Under the pieces are notes generated by a model that was given only the letters and a program-made list of their open reading frames with translations, made no database searches and was not told the DNA's origin. Below are positions 11,162 through 23,327 of a DNA stretch of 64,000 bases, piece after piece; position 1 is the stretch's first letter, and each line of letters opens with the position of its first letter. The position numbers were made by a program, and so were the translations under genes. The DNA is from Lepidodermella squamata (taxonomy: Eukaryota; Animalia; Gastrotricha): contig JBLDXI010000025.1 in assembly GCA_047495785.1 (NCBI GenBank), positions 1,364,001 to 1,428,000 of the forward strand, written 5' to 3'.

Positions 11162-14100
11162 ATGGCGCCATTACCAGCGACGAGGCAGAACTTGAAGCTC
11201 ATCAAGTCCCCATACTTCCCCAACTTCCTCAAAAATGGGGCGAAGTTGATGGATGCCCTTTGTTCGCTAGTTAGCGATCTTCAGGCTGATAGAGAATTTA
11301 CAATTCATCGTTTTCTTGAACATGCCGGCTCAGAAGATTTTATCTGGGCGATATTAAAGCTTCTTGGATTTCAAAATGAAAAGTAACATTCACTTGGCAA
11401 TCGCTAATAGCAATTATTAATACCAAACTTTCGTTTCAGGATTGCGGGCAATGCCGCGTATGTGATTGGAACTCTGGCTGATACTGGTGCGGGATCGGAA
11501 CGGTTGATCTCTTTGGTGAGGAAATCTGAGGAGACGGGACAGAAGGTTTTGAATGATTTGCTGCGCCTACTCAGCTTTCCCGATGATGAAATAATGTTGA
11601 ATGGCGTCGGGGCACTCGGCTCACTGGTAATATATTTTCTGATATTCATTACTTAGCAACTTCAGGTGTCAATCACAATAGGTTGATTCCGATCCGGGGC
11701 GCCTATGGGTTTGTAATTCACCCCAACTCGATCAATTATTGGAGAAAATTTGCTCACTTCTACGCAACAAAAACGTCTGGATCGGAAGCAACAGTGCTTT
11801 GTTATTAGCTCGTTTAACAATATTAGATGCTGGTCTTTCTCGAATGCTGGTGCATCCTCATGCCAAGGAAATTTGCATCAATTTAGTTCTGTCGCTAGGA
11901 TCGGACGCCGCCGGTCGCGGGATGAATGCGGCCTTCGCTCTTGGTCGAATCGTTGATGTCGCCGGTGGCCAAGAATTAGTTTCGGTCTTGGAGGAGGATT
12001 TACACAAAATGATGGTGAAAGCACTGTCGAAAATGTTTCAAGATCGAGATGTCGGTACTGCAAAAAATGCGCTATACTGTCTCAGCTGTTTAGCTGGACA
12101 AAAGCCCGGCAGCACGATATTGGCTCGCAATAAAATCATCGAACAGATTGCCAAGTTTGTTTTGAAGCGAAGAAAAAGAACTCATCATTGTTACTTATGC
12201 ATTTTCAGGCATTTAACTGATATGCTGCTCAATGACATGGCAGACAACGAGTTGCGCTGGTTTTGTGCCATGACCTTACGTTCCTTTGCCTGCCAGCAGA
12301 AGACTTGCTTGGAGTTGAAACGGCTGCATTTTGTTTACAATAGCTGCAGAGTGAGTTCCTTGGAAAATTTCACGAAACTTGTACCTTACTAACATATTTT
12401 TCAGTCTGCCCTAAAAATGCCGAACCTGCCCGAAGATATAAGAGATGAAATAATCGACGTGTTTGAATATTTGAAACCGCTTCCCCAAATGTCACCACCT
12501 CGTTTAGAACTCACGGGTCCGCTTACCATCAAAGTCGAATGGGATGTAAGTGCTTTAAAACCTGTAATTTAAACTTTGCCTAGAGTTGCTTTCTAAAAGG
12601 AAATCAAAATTCATGGCCCGTTCCAAGCTCGTTATGCTGTATTTCACACCCCAGAGAACGAGGAGCAAAAACAAGTCTACACCGGTCCAGATCTCGTCTA
12701 TCATCTCACTGATCTAAAACCATACACACATCACACATTTCGCATTCGCATGGTAACAGACCACGAGGAAGGCCCTATCAGCGAGCCTGCTCATATTAGG
12801 ACAGAAGAATGGCTGCCGGGCCAGGTTCGAAATCTTCACATGGTCGCGAATACCGCCACCCAAATCAAAGTAGCGTGGGACGAACCCCTTGACACAAACG
12901 GAATAATTCGAAATTACGTGCTATACGTGGGTAAGTTGATGAAAAGTTGAAGTTTTCATAGCTTAATTTTTCTGTAAATATAGATGATAACCCGAATCGG
13001 ATAGGCAGGACCGAGGAAAATTATTTCATCATTCAAAATCTTAACCAAAACGGCATGGATAAGACCTCGTATACTATTCACGTCGCTGCAGTAACCGGTC
13101 GAGGCGAAGGTCTCAGATTATCTCTAGAAGTTTCGACAGCCGAGGCCGGAGATTGCCGACCCTCAAAACCGTCAGTCACAGCGCTTGGTCGCAGTGAAGT
13201 CTACGTCACATGGAACGCTCCAACCAACCCGCCTGGTAAAATAATTCGATACGAGTTGATGGCTAATAACGAAATAGTTTACTCCGGGACGGAGCTATAC
13301 GCAACAGTCACTCGGCTACAACCGGAAACCGAGTATAGCTTTCAAGTTGTTTTATTTTCAAACGAAGGCCGGTTTCAAAGTCAAGTTACGAAGCGAACAA
13401 TGCCTAGGGATGAATTTTCAGCATTAGGATCACGCTCGGCCGCTTCTTCGTCAAAAGGCCGTCGTTCTGCGAAAAGTGGCGTGAGAAAATCTGCGGCAAC
13501 AACTGAGTCTCAAACCACGGAAACTATGGCGAATGACCCGAAAGAAACGATAGAAAACACGTGCGTTGTACCGCCGCCATCGACTGCTCCAGAAATTGAG
13601 ACAGGCGATAATTCGAAGCCATCAACGCCACCCCCGAAGTCGTTCTCGCGCAGTAAGACAGTTGCAAGTGGCAGGCGAAAGTCGTCAATGTCGCGGCGGA
13701 CGTCGCGCCGCGCTTTACCGCCCGTTGTACTAACATCGACGCAATCGATGCCTATTCAACGCTCGAGTGAGAAATCAAGCAGCCCGCCATCACCTCCGCC
13801 GTCAAATAGCAATAACAAACCCAATTCACCTCAACACATGAATAGCAGCCAAAAGACGACCCCGGTTGAAGTAAATACGGATTATCACAAAAGAGAGCGC
13901 AGCAGTACGACAGGTAGTAGTAAAAATAGCGATGCGGGTATCAAAGAAGCCGTCGCTAATGTTCGCCAGCACAGAAATAGATCGTTGTCTATGGTTAATA
14001 AACTGCTCGTGACGTCACGTGGCCCGGCTAATAAGCACGAAGTTGTTAAGCCGCATGCTGAAATCAGCCGAAATTTATCGTACTCCGGCTTGCCGAACGA

Positions 14101-14740
14101 CATAAAATGCTCTGTAGTCACCCTGAACCTGCCGAATGATGTTGCTACGTCGTTTGAAGTCGGCAACAAGTGGGCCTATGGCATGCTGTCCCACAGCCGG
14201 CCTGATTTAATTAGCGCGAGTTTATCGCCTCAGCGAATCGCTGGACCGGAACCGGTGCGGCGAGCCGCAACTTTGATGCAATCGTTTGCTGGGACTACAG
14301 CTACGGTCAACCCTGCTGTGCCTTCAATGGGCGCGAGGGGTCATACAGTTTTCACCGAAAGTGGCCGAGAAAATGTTCAAAATTCGACGCCAGTTGAATT
14401 TTCAAATCAAACATGGTATTATAAGATTTTTCCATTTTTTCAATTTTTTTCGATTTTTTCAAGAATTTTAAAACCAGTTAAACCACCGAGAAGCGTTCAG
14501 GAAGCCGGAAAGTAATTTTCCTTCAGCTCTTGGCTAACTGTACTTTTTTTGAACTTACGAGTACTAAAATTCCCCTGTGTCTATCTGTCACAAATTTTAC
14601 GTTTTTTTTCTCTGAATTTCTTATTTTTTTGTTTCAGCCGGGCTTACCCGTCAGCATTCTCGACTCAACCGCGGCTCTATTTACTTCACAAACAGCGGAA
14701 ATCTCTTCGAATGAACTCTTTGGCGCAACATATGAACTGA
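11162..14740 (+). CDS. Armadillo-repeat + fibronectin type III domain protein with a low-complexity C-terminus. Exons ~11162-11382, 11440-11626, 11682-12154, 12209-12350, 12405-12545, 12600-12930, 12984-14511, 14638-14740 (both ends uncertain; alternative stop at 14515)
   Basis: Phase-consistent GT-AG introns, mostly 53-57 bp. ARM-like repeats (GNAAYVIGTL, NAAFALGRI, NALYCLSCL). Three FN3-like units (LKPYTHHTF, VAWDEP..NGII, VTWNAP..LQPETEYSFQV). Confidence 0.82.
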
Positions 14741-15123
14741 TAGCTGAAATTATAATTTTTGTTACATTTTCCAACCTCGAAAAAATCCCCGGTATAAACA
14801 GAAAAATTCCGAAATTATTTTATGAGTGAGATTTTTCCTGACTTGCTCTTTCCGGTATGATGAAAAAAAATTGGCTCTATCCTGCTTTTTCGTGATAAAA
14901 ATTGTTTCGTCTTTACGTTTTGTCTTCCAAACTTTCATCGTCAGAAATTATAGGCCAAATTATATTTATTCAGTAGATTTCAATAACTGCCTGTTATATT
15001 ATTATTTCGTAATTTTTTCATTAATATTTGAACTGCGATGTGAGAATCGAGTGAAAACATGTGCGATGGTGGTGAATAAAAAAAATTTGAGTTTGATTTT
15101 TTTCCGTCTTCAAGTTTTTTTCT

Positions 15124-16704
15124 TCACAATTTTCCGCCGTTGCGTTTGCAAATCGATCTAAAATCCGGGCAGCAGTCGTCGCTAACCAGATTCGGCGCGC
15201 CCTTGTGGTACGTTTTGTACGCCGCCTGGCAGTCGTCGTCGCAGTAGCACAGGCCGTCTTTCAGATCGCTGAAATATTTCGGCGGCGTCCACCACCAATT
15301 GTCGCCTTTGTTGCTGGCGCTGTTCCAATTTCCGGTCAGCATTTTTTGCTGCTGAGCGATTGTCAGTAAATTGTCGCGCGTTAGCAACGGCGCCACAACG
15401 CAAGAATCATTTCGACCTGTATAAGAACATTGAATATAAAATCCGATGATGGAAATAACCATGATATGGACGAGGCTCGCACAATTTTGTCCTTTTTTGA
15501 TTATTTCATCCAAGTTTTTTCTATAACTTGTAGCCCCAACCGCCCCATCTCAGTGTCCTCAATATGGACTTGACTTAATAATGGCATTAAAAATTAATTG
15601 CACCGGTATCAAGTCGTTGGTTCCAAGTTTTTGATCGCTGTTGCCACCCACAGTTGCCTTATATTTTATGCAGTAACCAATAAAAAAGCGGAATTGCACT
15701 CGATGCGCTTTGAGAGAAAATGCAATTTTGCCTCCCACAACATTTTATCATCGTTAAAAAAGAGTAGTAGAGACTTTTTTTTGGGAAACTTGGTACATTT
15801 CGGGAATTTTCTAAGAAATTAATTCTCCTGATGCGAAACCAAACAAGAGCTGCAAAAATATCGAAACGAGCTCAAATAAATGGAAAACAAAGAAGAGTCG
15901 AATCAATGTGAAAACGATTTCACGCACATATATCTGTCTATTTTGAATTCTGAAGAATAATTCTAAAATCACGATTAGCTAACTAGGTATTTCATAAAAG
16001 GATTATGGAGTTCACTAAATTCGAAAATTCGTTCCAATCCTACGGAAATTCTGGAGGATATCTAGATGGTTTAAATTTTATGCAAAACTCAGAAATTAAA
16101 TGTTCCCCAGGTTTTCAATTGATTGTTTTGCAATTAGCACTTTCACTTGATACTGTGATGAAATGCCGTGATTGGGCATATCAAATCATATCAAAGATGG
16201 CGAGGCAAAGACCCTTGGATAGCCCAAAGGAATACCAGCCTGGATATGTAAAATGCACATCATTGCAACCCTTTTCTGTACATGAAATGACAAGTGAAGT
16301 TGTGAGACAGTTTCGAAATGTTCTCTTTTCCGTAAAATTTCGTGACTGCTCAACGGATGCCGCCTCATCCGAATGGCAATTTCTCCATTTCCATTTTTAT
16401 AAGTATTTCTCTTTCTCCTGGCGATCCTTACCGTCGTCGATTTTTGAATTCCATCATTGGACACGCTTAGGATTGACACAGTTGAAAAAATGAAGCAACA
16501 ATAAAAATGAATTAAGCGCTGAAACCTTGGATGAATGATGAATGATGATGACATTACTACTCGAACTTTGTTCTTTAGTTAGTTACATTTGCAGCAAAGC
16601 CTATCGATGACCTGAACGGCAGCTGTTCCTTTCTTCTGGCCGAAATACCGCAGCTCGACGTTGGCACATGGAAACGGCTGGTTCGGATTTGTCGTGGCGA
16701 AGTA
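15124..16704 (-). pseudogene. Copy A of the somatomedin-B protein gene. Exon 2 (15416-15124) is intact; exon 1 (16704-16587) is truncated by a MITE insertion
   Basis: Near-identical to copy B (24329-25917). Homology stops at the TA (16703-16704) where the TIR CAGTGGAACCCCG begins. I did not find the ATG/signal-peptide part in the window. Confidence 0.7.
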
Positions 16705-16772
16705 CAGTGGAACCCCGATTTTCCGTCATTTGCGGTTCCGTGAAAAAACTGACGGAAAATCGAAACACCTCC
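16705..16772. mobile_element. Left end of a pogo/Tc1-mariner-type MITE inserted at TA
   Basis: TA|CAGTGGAACCCCGATTTTCCGTC terminus with an internal inverted motif GACGGAAAATCG. The right end was not located. Confidence 0.6.
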
Positions 16773-16776
16773 TTAA

Positions 16777-17168
16777 CCCTTAGCCGCCGGCGCAATGACG
16801 TGTTAACTCGAGCACCTTTCAGAAAATCCCAGAAAATCAAGAAGAGGCTAAAATCAAATTCTGAGTCGGCAGAAAATCTTACATTCAGCCTTAGATTGAA
16901 AGCCGAGCCTCTTTTTCAGAAGAAATTTACCTGGGTTGCCGTTGCTATGACGTGTTAACGCGTTTTCATGACGTGTTAACAAGTCATTTAAAATTTTTCT
17001 CACTATTTTCGACCTGGTCAGAATGGCTTTGAAAATTTGGATTTTCGGGGAGTGCTTGTTTCTTGCTATTGATTTATCATAATTTATGACGCAACAATGC
17101 CCAAATCCTCCGACCACGGTGAATTTTCTCCGGAATTAACGCGTGTACACGTCTTCGGCGGCTAAGGG
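16777..17168. mobile_element. piggyBac-like MITE (392 bp)
   Basis: TTAA TSD on both sides (16773-16776, 17169-17172), 13-bp TIR CCCTTAGCCGCCG/CGGCGGCTAAGGG, and repeated subterminal GACGTGTTAAC motifs. Confidence 0.88.
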
Positions 17169-17842
17169 TTAAAAGGTTAGAGCTGCCGAATTCAGTTGTT
17201 TTAGCGAATGTATATTATTAAAATGATGCTTCGCAAACGTTTGAAACAATTTTAAGCGAGTTATACTCTCATAATCGTTATAATACATCTACAATACCAC
17301 TATACCGCCATAGAACTGGCTACATCGATTCTGAATTTTATTTTGGTATAAAATCCGCCGGGAAAGTCGAAAGTTAGCCTATGCAATTGCCGCGCGCGGT
17401 ATTTCACTACTAAACTAAATGCGGGCAAGGCTACAACTTGTGCGCGCGCAATTTCGCAAGTCTTAAAAATTGAAAAAAATTCAAGTTCTAATAAGCTAAT
17501 CGAATTATAATGGAATATCAAGTGTTTACCGCTCTGTCCGATATGCTTTCATGTTCATGACCGAAGAAAAATTTTGTTAATTGAATTATTTATTTATTTA
17601 TTTTATTTATTTATTTCAAAGCTATGACACCCAGAGAGGGCAGCTCGACAAAGTTAAGTTTGAAAGGAAACAGATAATTGCAGGACAGTTACAAAAGGAT
17701 AGGACAATTGGAGATGACATAAATTTGAGTCAACAATAAGTAAAACGAAACAATATTACAACAACGGCAGCTCGCCGTTTTTTTAAGGAAATATAAAAAT
17801 AGAATATATAGAGCTTCATATTATAGAAAAAGAATTGGTATA

Positions 17843-18130
17843 TACCGTACTGCCCGGAACAAAAACCATGACATTTATTTTTTTCAAACGGTGATGAACC
17901 CCTGACATTTAAAAGGGACTGACATTTATTTCGGGCCTGACATTTATTTATCCGAACCAACAAGTACTTGGCTAGATAACCAAAATGGCATACACTTCCC
18001 TGAGATTATACGTATTTTGACCCGAAAAATTGGTCCCTGACCTTTTTAAGTGCCAAGGGCAGAAATTATGTCCAATCAGAATGGCAAAAACTACAGGGTG
18101 TTCCTTTCGAAACCGAACATCCTGCCGTAG
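17843..18130. mobile_element. Two adjacent Tc1/pogo-like MITE ends (TA|CCGTA.. at ~17843 and TA|CAGGGTG.. at ~18092)
   Basis: Typical terminal motifs, with GACATTTA repeated four times. Partner ends were not found. Confidence 0.4.
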
Positions 18131-19053
18131 TCGCGAAAAAAAATCTGCCGGTTAATTTGAGAAAATAATTTACTAAAATAATTTTTAAACACTTTTAATA
18201 CTTAATTATTTTTAATTTTATTTTCAATTGCAAAATGCCCTTGAATTTTAGCGCGCGTTACCACGTCGACGCGTTGCCCTACCGATAGAAAATTGATGAA
18301 AACGTATTACGATCGTAGAGGTCGTGGTGAAAAATTGAAAATTTCGTACCAATGCACATGAAATCAAGTTGCCACTTCGCTACTCGCTTTTCTCAACGAT
18401 CGTACTACGATCGTGAAACTTAGCTCAAAAAATTGATCAAGTCGTGGATCGCCGGTCAGCTCCCGGCGGCTGCTAGCGCCTTGGTTTGCAGGAAATTCGT
18501 GTTATCCGACTCAAATTGTTTGCTAAATCATCTTCTAAATATTTTGTGAGATTTCTATTTTAATAGAGTTCAAAAATAATTAATTTTTGTGCGCTGGAAC
18601 GTCGTATTTGTCTGAAAAATGCTAAGTCCGAAGTCGTGAGCTGCCGAAAGTCCGCGATAAAGCCTTTTCGCTTTTCGTGCGCCTTATGTTACAATGTTAC
18701 CTTAATGGATTGAAGTTGAGTTGCATATGTTGTATTGCTAGAGGGTATGTATTAGACATGTGGCTTTAATGTTAGATTTCGCCATCAGTGTTTTTGCCAC
18801 TTCTGTATTCATGATTTCTTAGTAGATGGTAGCTAGTTGGCACTTCTGTTTTATTTTAGCTTAAGAGCGAAACTAAGATTCTTATCATGGGCCATAGATA
18901 ACAATGATGAGCCCACGGCATCTTTAGAGGCAGCTGCTTGGTTTCAGCCACCTGAAAAAACAACTGTTATTCTCGGTTCTGATTGTTGTCTAGACAAGGA
19001 ACCGAGAACAACCGAGGCCAAATCATTCGCACCACGTCCGTCAACTCTCGCTT

Positions 19054-20204
19054 CGACGAAGGTCCTCAACGGCTAAATTTGAATTTTCCTTTGTATTTGC
19101 CGGCATGCTTAAATAGTATACTTCCACTCACCCGGTAGCCAAGTGCTTAGTGTCATTAGATAGAGAATAAAAAACTACTCGAGCGAATAATGCCAGATTT
19201 CGAATCCGTCAAATCCGCTGTGTCAAAAATGCCAAAAAACAAATAGAGCGCTTTCTGATTTTGAGATGCCGATGACATGCCTTGACAACATATGCCCGGG
19301 CCGATGACAACTGATCAAGCCTTTCATTCATTTGGAGGCAAAATTTCCCCAATTTTTCCCTTGGACCGAGTATTTGAGATTGACCAAGTGCTGTCATCAC
19401 TCGAGCTCTACTCTATTTCTGATTTTTTTTTTCTGAACAAATCAGAAATCGATTGCGAATAAACCGAAATCGATGTTTCTGGGGATTCTAAGGTGGCTTT
19501 TTCGTGGCTTAGAAAATCCAAATCCAAATCTCGGCCAGTTTCATATTGTATCAATTTTGTAAAATATATTTCACACTTCATTTTTCGGCTTATTTTCTGC
19601 TCAAGTTATTTTACAATTTTGCTTTCCACGTCGGGGTAGAGTTGATGAAGAGCCGCGGTTAAGGCCAGTCGATCACATTTTCGGTAATTCTACATCGGGA
19701 TCTTGCTGGCGGTAGCTATTAGCAGTGACTGATTTTATTGTCCAACCAACATTAGTTTTCTTAGAAACAGGCGCTCGTTCTTAGGGAATAGCATTCCCCG
19801 ACCCCGGGGACTTGTCCTTGGTTGAGATACTGGAACCCCGAGAGTCAGGCGACGCGACGCCCGGCGACCGGAATTTTTGAATTTCCCCGCAAACGCGTCG
19901 CCATGGAAAATATTTAAATTTAAATAATAAAAATTAGATTTAGTAAATAAATAACTGTTTAAAAATGTTTTCGTATTTTAAGTTTAATTGCGTTCAAAAT
20001 CAGAAAGCGCTCTATTTGTTTTTTGGCATTTTTGACACAGCGGATTTGACGGATTCGAAATCTGGCATTATTCGCTCGAGTAGTTTTTTATTCTCTATCT
20101 AATGACACTAAGCACTTGGCTACCGGGTGAGTGGAAGTATACTATTTAAGCATGCCGGCAAATACAAAGGAAAATTCAAATTTAGCCGTTGAGGACCTTC
20201 GTCG
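19054..20204. repeat. 211-bp perfect inverted repeat (19054-19264 / 19994-20204) with a 729-bp spacer
   Basis: The arms read as identical in reverse complement. No TSD is visible. Confidence 0.9.
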
Positions 20205-20416
20205 TTTAGTATTATAGATTAAGGATGCTAATGGTATATCATGCGGCCCTGATAAATTGTTGATCAAGTTTAAGTCCGCGGATCAGAGAACCGCACCTTT
20301 TTTGGCTAAAATGCAATGCTGTAAGCTGTTTCACGGTAAAAATGGTAGTGGCGTCATATAAATGGACGGAAAGACGTGTAAAAAATGTCGAGTTTGCACG
20401 TGTTGTAGATCCGAGT

Positions 20417-20767
20417 AATCTCTGATCACCTTGCCTTGTTTCTTTTTTATATTAATAGTTCAGATAGAAAATGCTGAATATAACCGCGGCCAAGCCTTTG
20501 AGATCAGCTTTGATCACCCAGGAAGAATGGACTACGTTATCACTGCGGATGACGTAGTATACCAACATTTGTATTACATTTGCTCCCTCTTCATTATCAA
20601 TAACCTCACATCCTTGTGTTGGAATACTACGTCATCCGCAGTGATAACGTAGTCCATTCTTCCTGGGTGATCAAAGCTGATCTCAAAGGCTTGGCCGCGG
20701 TTATATTCAGCATTTTCTATCTGAACTATTAATATAAAAAAGAAACAAGGCAAGGTGATCAGAGATT
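20417..20767. repeat. 151-bp inverted repeat (20417-20567 / 20617-20767), one mismatch, 49-nt loop
   Basis: Direct comparison of the arms. This explains the mirror ORFs 20431+ and 20574-. Confidence 0.9.
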
Positions 20768-20820
20768 TGATTGGCAATTGAGCCACTAAACTTTTGTTGA
20801 TTATATTTGCCGTTCGTAAC

Positions 20821-21178
20821 GTCGCCATGTTAAACTTCCTTGCTAAGGTTAGTGGTTCATATCCCTTTTACTAAGCATAACCCTGGCAAGTCCATGCTTA
20901 GTAAGGACTGGCTTCCTAACAAGTATCCTAACTATCGACTGCATGCCGCATCATTTAAGGTGCACAGCTCTATCTGAGATCAGTTCCTTAGATCGCCTAG
21001 ACTTTGAGGCGGCGAATTCTGAGTAAGCCACCAGTGACACTGCATCCTTACTAAAAGCCATCTTGCTAAGGATGTCCTAGGCAAGTAAGGCATAACAAAG
21101 ACGAGCGTCTCCACAGCGTCTCACTAACTTATTTAACATCCTTAGCACCCTTAACAAGGAAAATCAACATGGCACGAC
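20821..21178. mobile_element. MITE with imperfect ~28-bp TIRs
   Basis: GTCGCCATGTTAAACTTCCTTGCTAAGG matches the reverse complement of CCTTAACAAGGAAAATCAACATGGCACGAC. Internal CTTA/TAAG motifs recur. Confidence 0.55.
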
Positions 21179-21759
21179 CATTCGCTCCATTCAAATCAAG
21201 TTAAGTGTCAAACAAAGCGTCATATAAGCTGTGGTATTCCTAACACAAAAGATCAGCACCACGTCAGTTTGACAGGTTGATCTCCTGTTGATCTCCGCAT
21301 CTACACATGTTGAAAACGATCGGTCCGGCGTGCTCGCGTAGTTTCACTTTTGTTGTTAATCTGAGAATCTTTTAGTTAACGCTATTTTTTAACAATTAAA
21401 CTCAGGGACTGACTTAGAAATGCTTAAATATTTGGACCTACTTTCCATAATCTGGAGTCTCGATCTCAGCAAATTCTTCCGCGCACGGGCGTGATGCGTC
21501 TTAAAGCGTCACTACCTTGTTGCATGCATTTCTCCCCACTGCGCGTCCTAGCTATATTGGTTAATGCTAGAGCTTTTGCAACCTTATTGATTCTTGAATT
21601 CAGTTTAGATCCCTGAAGGAATATGGCTAATGTTTATTGAGAGTGGGCGTTATGAACTTATAACGCTTGGTTGTATAGTTTCTCCAATAAGTCATTTGTT
21701 ATTTGCATGTAGGAAAGCAAATTAATAAACTTTTTTGTGTCGGTTGGGCTTTTTCAAGC

Positions 21760-22919
21760 ATGAGCCAGCAACAACTTTGCAATGGTGGATCGCCTGACAA
21801 CCCATGTTTCTGCCGTATCAGTCACGAAGCACTGCTTGATCGGAATATCGCCGTATGCCCGGACGCGGACTGTAAGCACGGAGTTGGAAAGCATCCCAGT
21901 TCAACGGTGGCACCAGGTTCGGCTCTTTGCATTGATAGTATTTATTACAACTTATTTATAATTTTGGTGCAGTGACTGCCGTGCCAAGCTATTTCGTCCT
22001 TCCTGAAACTCGGGACAAAGTCGGGGTTCTGTTAGCGAAGGAACAGGCACTCTGCGATGAATTTGATGGTTTGTTTCACATAGCATTGTTCGTTACCTGC
22101 ATATTGACCTTATTTCTTCAGAGCCTGCTCGAAAGAAGCCGCACTTTTCGCCTCCCCTCCAGAAGAATTCGCCTGAAAATGCAACTGCGGCAAATCCTAC
22201 TTCATCATCACCACCGAAAGTGTTTCCATCAGATCTTCCAGGAGAAGGTTATTTCTTATTCATTTCAACCTTTTTCTTTTAAAAATTGTCTTTTAAATAG
22301 TAGAACGAAGTATTAGCAAACGGAGCTGCGAGACGTATAAAAGGGTTGCTGCAATTGTTTCGTGTCGTCGCTTCTTGTCCTTCATTGCGTTTACGCTAGA
22401 ACTTCATTATAAAAGTATGATAATACATGATTGTTGAGCCTATATTAAAGTAAGTTCATTTCTGTAGTAGAGAGACGCTTCAAATTCGCAACATTCGCCG
22501 ATTTCCTCTGGATTAGGGACAACCTAGGAAACTTCGTGGACAAATTCGGCAGAGTTGTGAACGATCCTGAAAAAATTGTGAATTCGGAACAATATGGATT
22601 GTGGCAAGTCACCTACGAAAAAAAGCAGCCTTCGTGCGCTGATCTCTCTGATTTTTTTACCGAGTATGAATGGGACTTCTTGCGCGACCTTAACACGATT
22701 GTAAACGAGGAACTATACACTCAGCTGACTCCAGTTCGCAAAAGTGTGAAAATCATTTTGCCGCCGAATTACGAAAATATTTTTCAAGAGGACTCAGTTG
22801 GCATGCTAGCTGGAATTGCGGAGAAGGTTTACAAAAAGGGCACCAAGGTTACCATATCATCCACAGGTGACATCTCGTTCAGCTCTGCTTCACATTCTTT
22901 GGATTCAAGTGCTTACTAA
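21760..22919 (+). CDS. Uncharacterised ~314-aa protein with an N-terminal Cys/His cluster. Exons 21760-21916, 21973-22068, 22122-22247, 22301-22414, 22468-22919
   Basis: Four phase-1 GT-AG introns of 53-56 bp join into one stop-free frame. AATAAA at 22976. Confidence 0.75.
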
Positions 22920-23327
22920 CTCCCCCATGTAAAGTATTTTCTGTTTCTTGTAATTGGTGTTTTTGTACCTTTGTAAATAAATTTGCGGAGTTTATATCTT
23001 GAATCGTCAATTTTTAATGACAATAAAATAAGAGATGGAAATTATATGTCTTATCAATTTACAAAGTTTTTGCATAAGTTTCTTATATCAATTACGAAAG
23101 TTGCTACATAGCTAATAAAAAACGACAAAACTTATTTACGTTATTATATATTTACGTATTTACTTGTTCCTACCACGCAAAGAACGATAAGAAAGCACAG
23201 CCACAACGAAAGAAATGGATACAAGCTAATGGATTGTGAAAGAAATAGATGAGAAAATAATTTTGGAAAATAAATTAACAATTTTTTTCTAAAATAATAT
23301 TGTTAATAAATTTCAAAATAAATAGGA

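Noticed and set aside
16005-16493. 162-aa plus-strand ORF
   Set aside because: It lies in the SMB copy A intron, is not preserved in copy B and has no motifs.
20431-20828. Two ORFs with identical peptide on opposite strands
   Set aside because: An artefact of the 151-bp inverted repeat.
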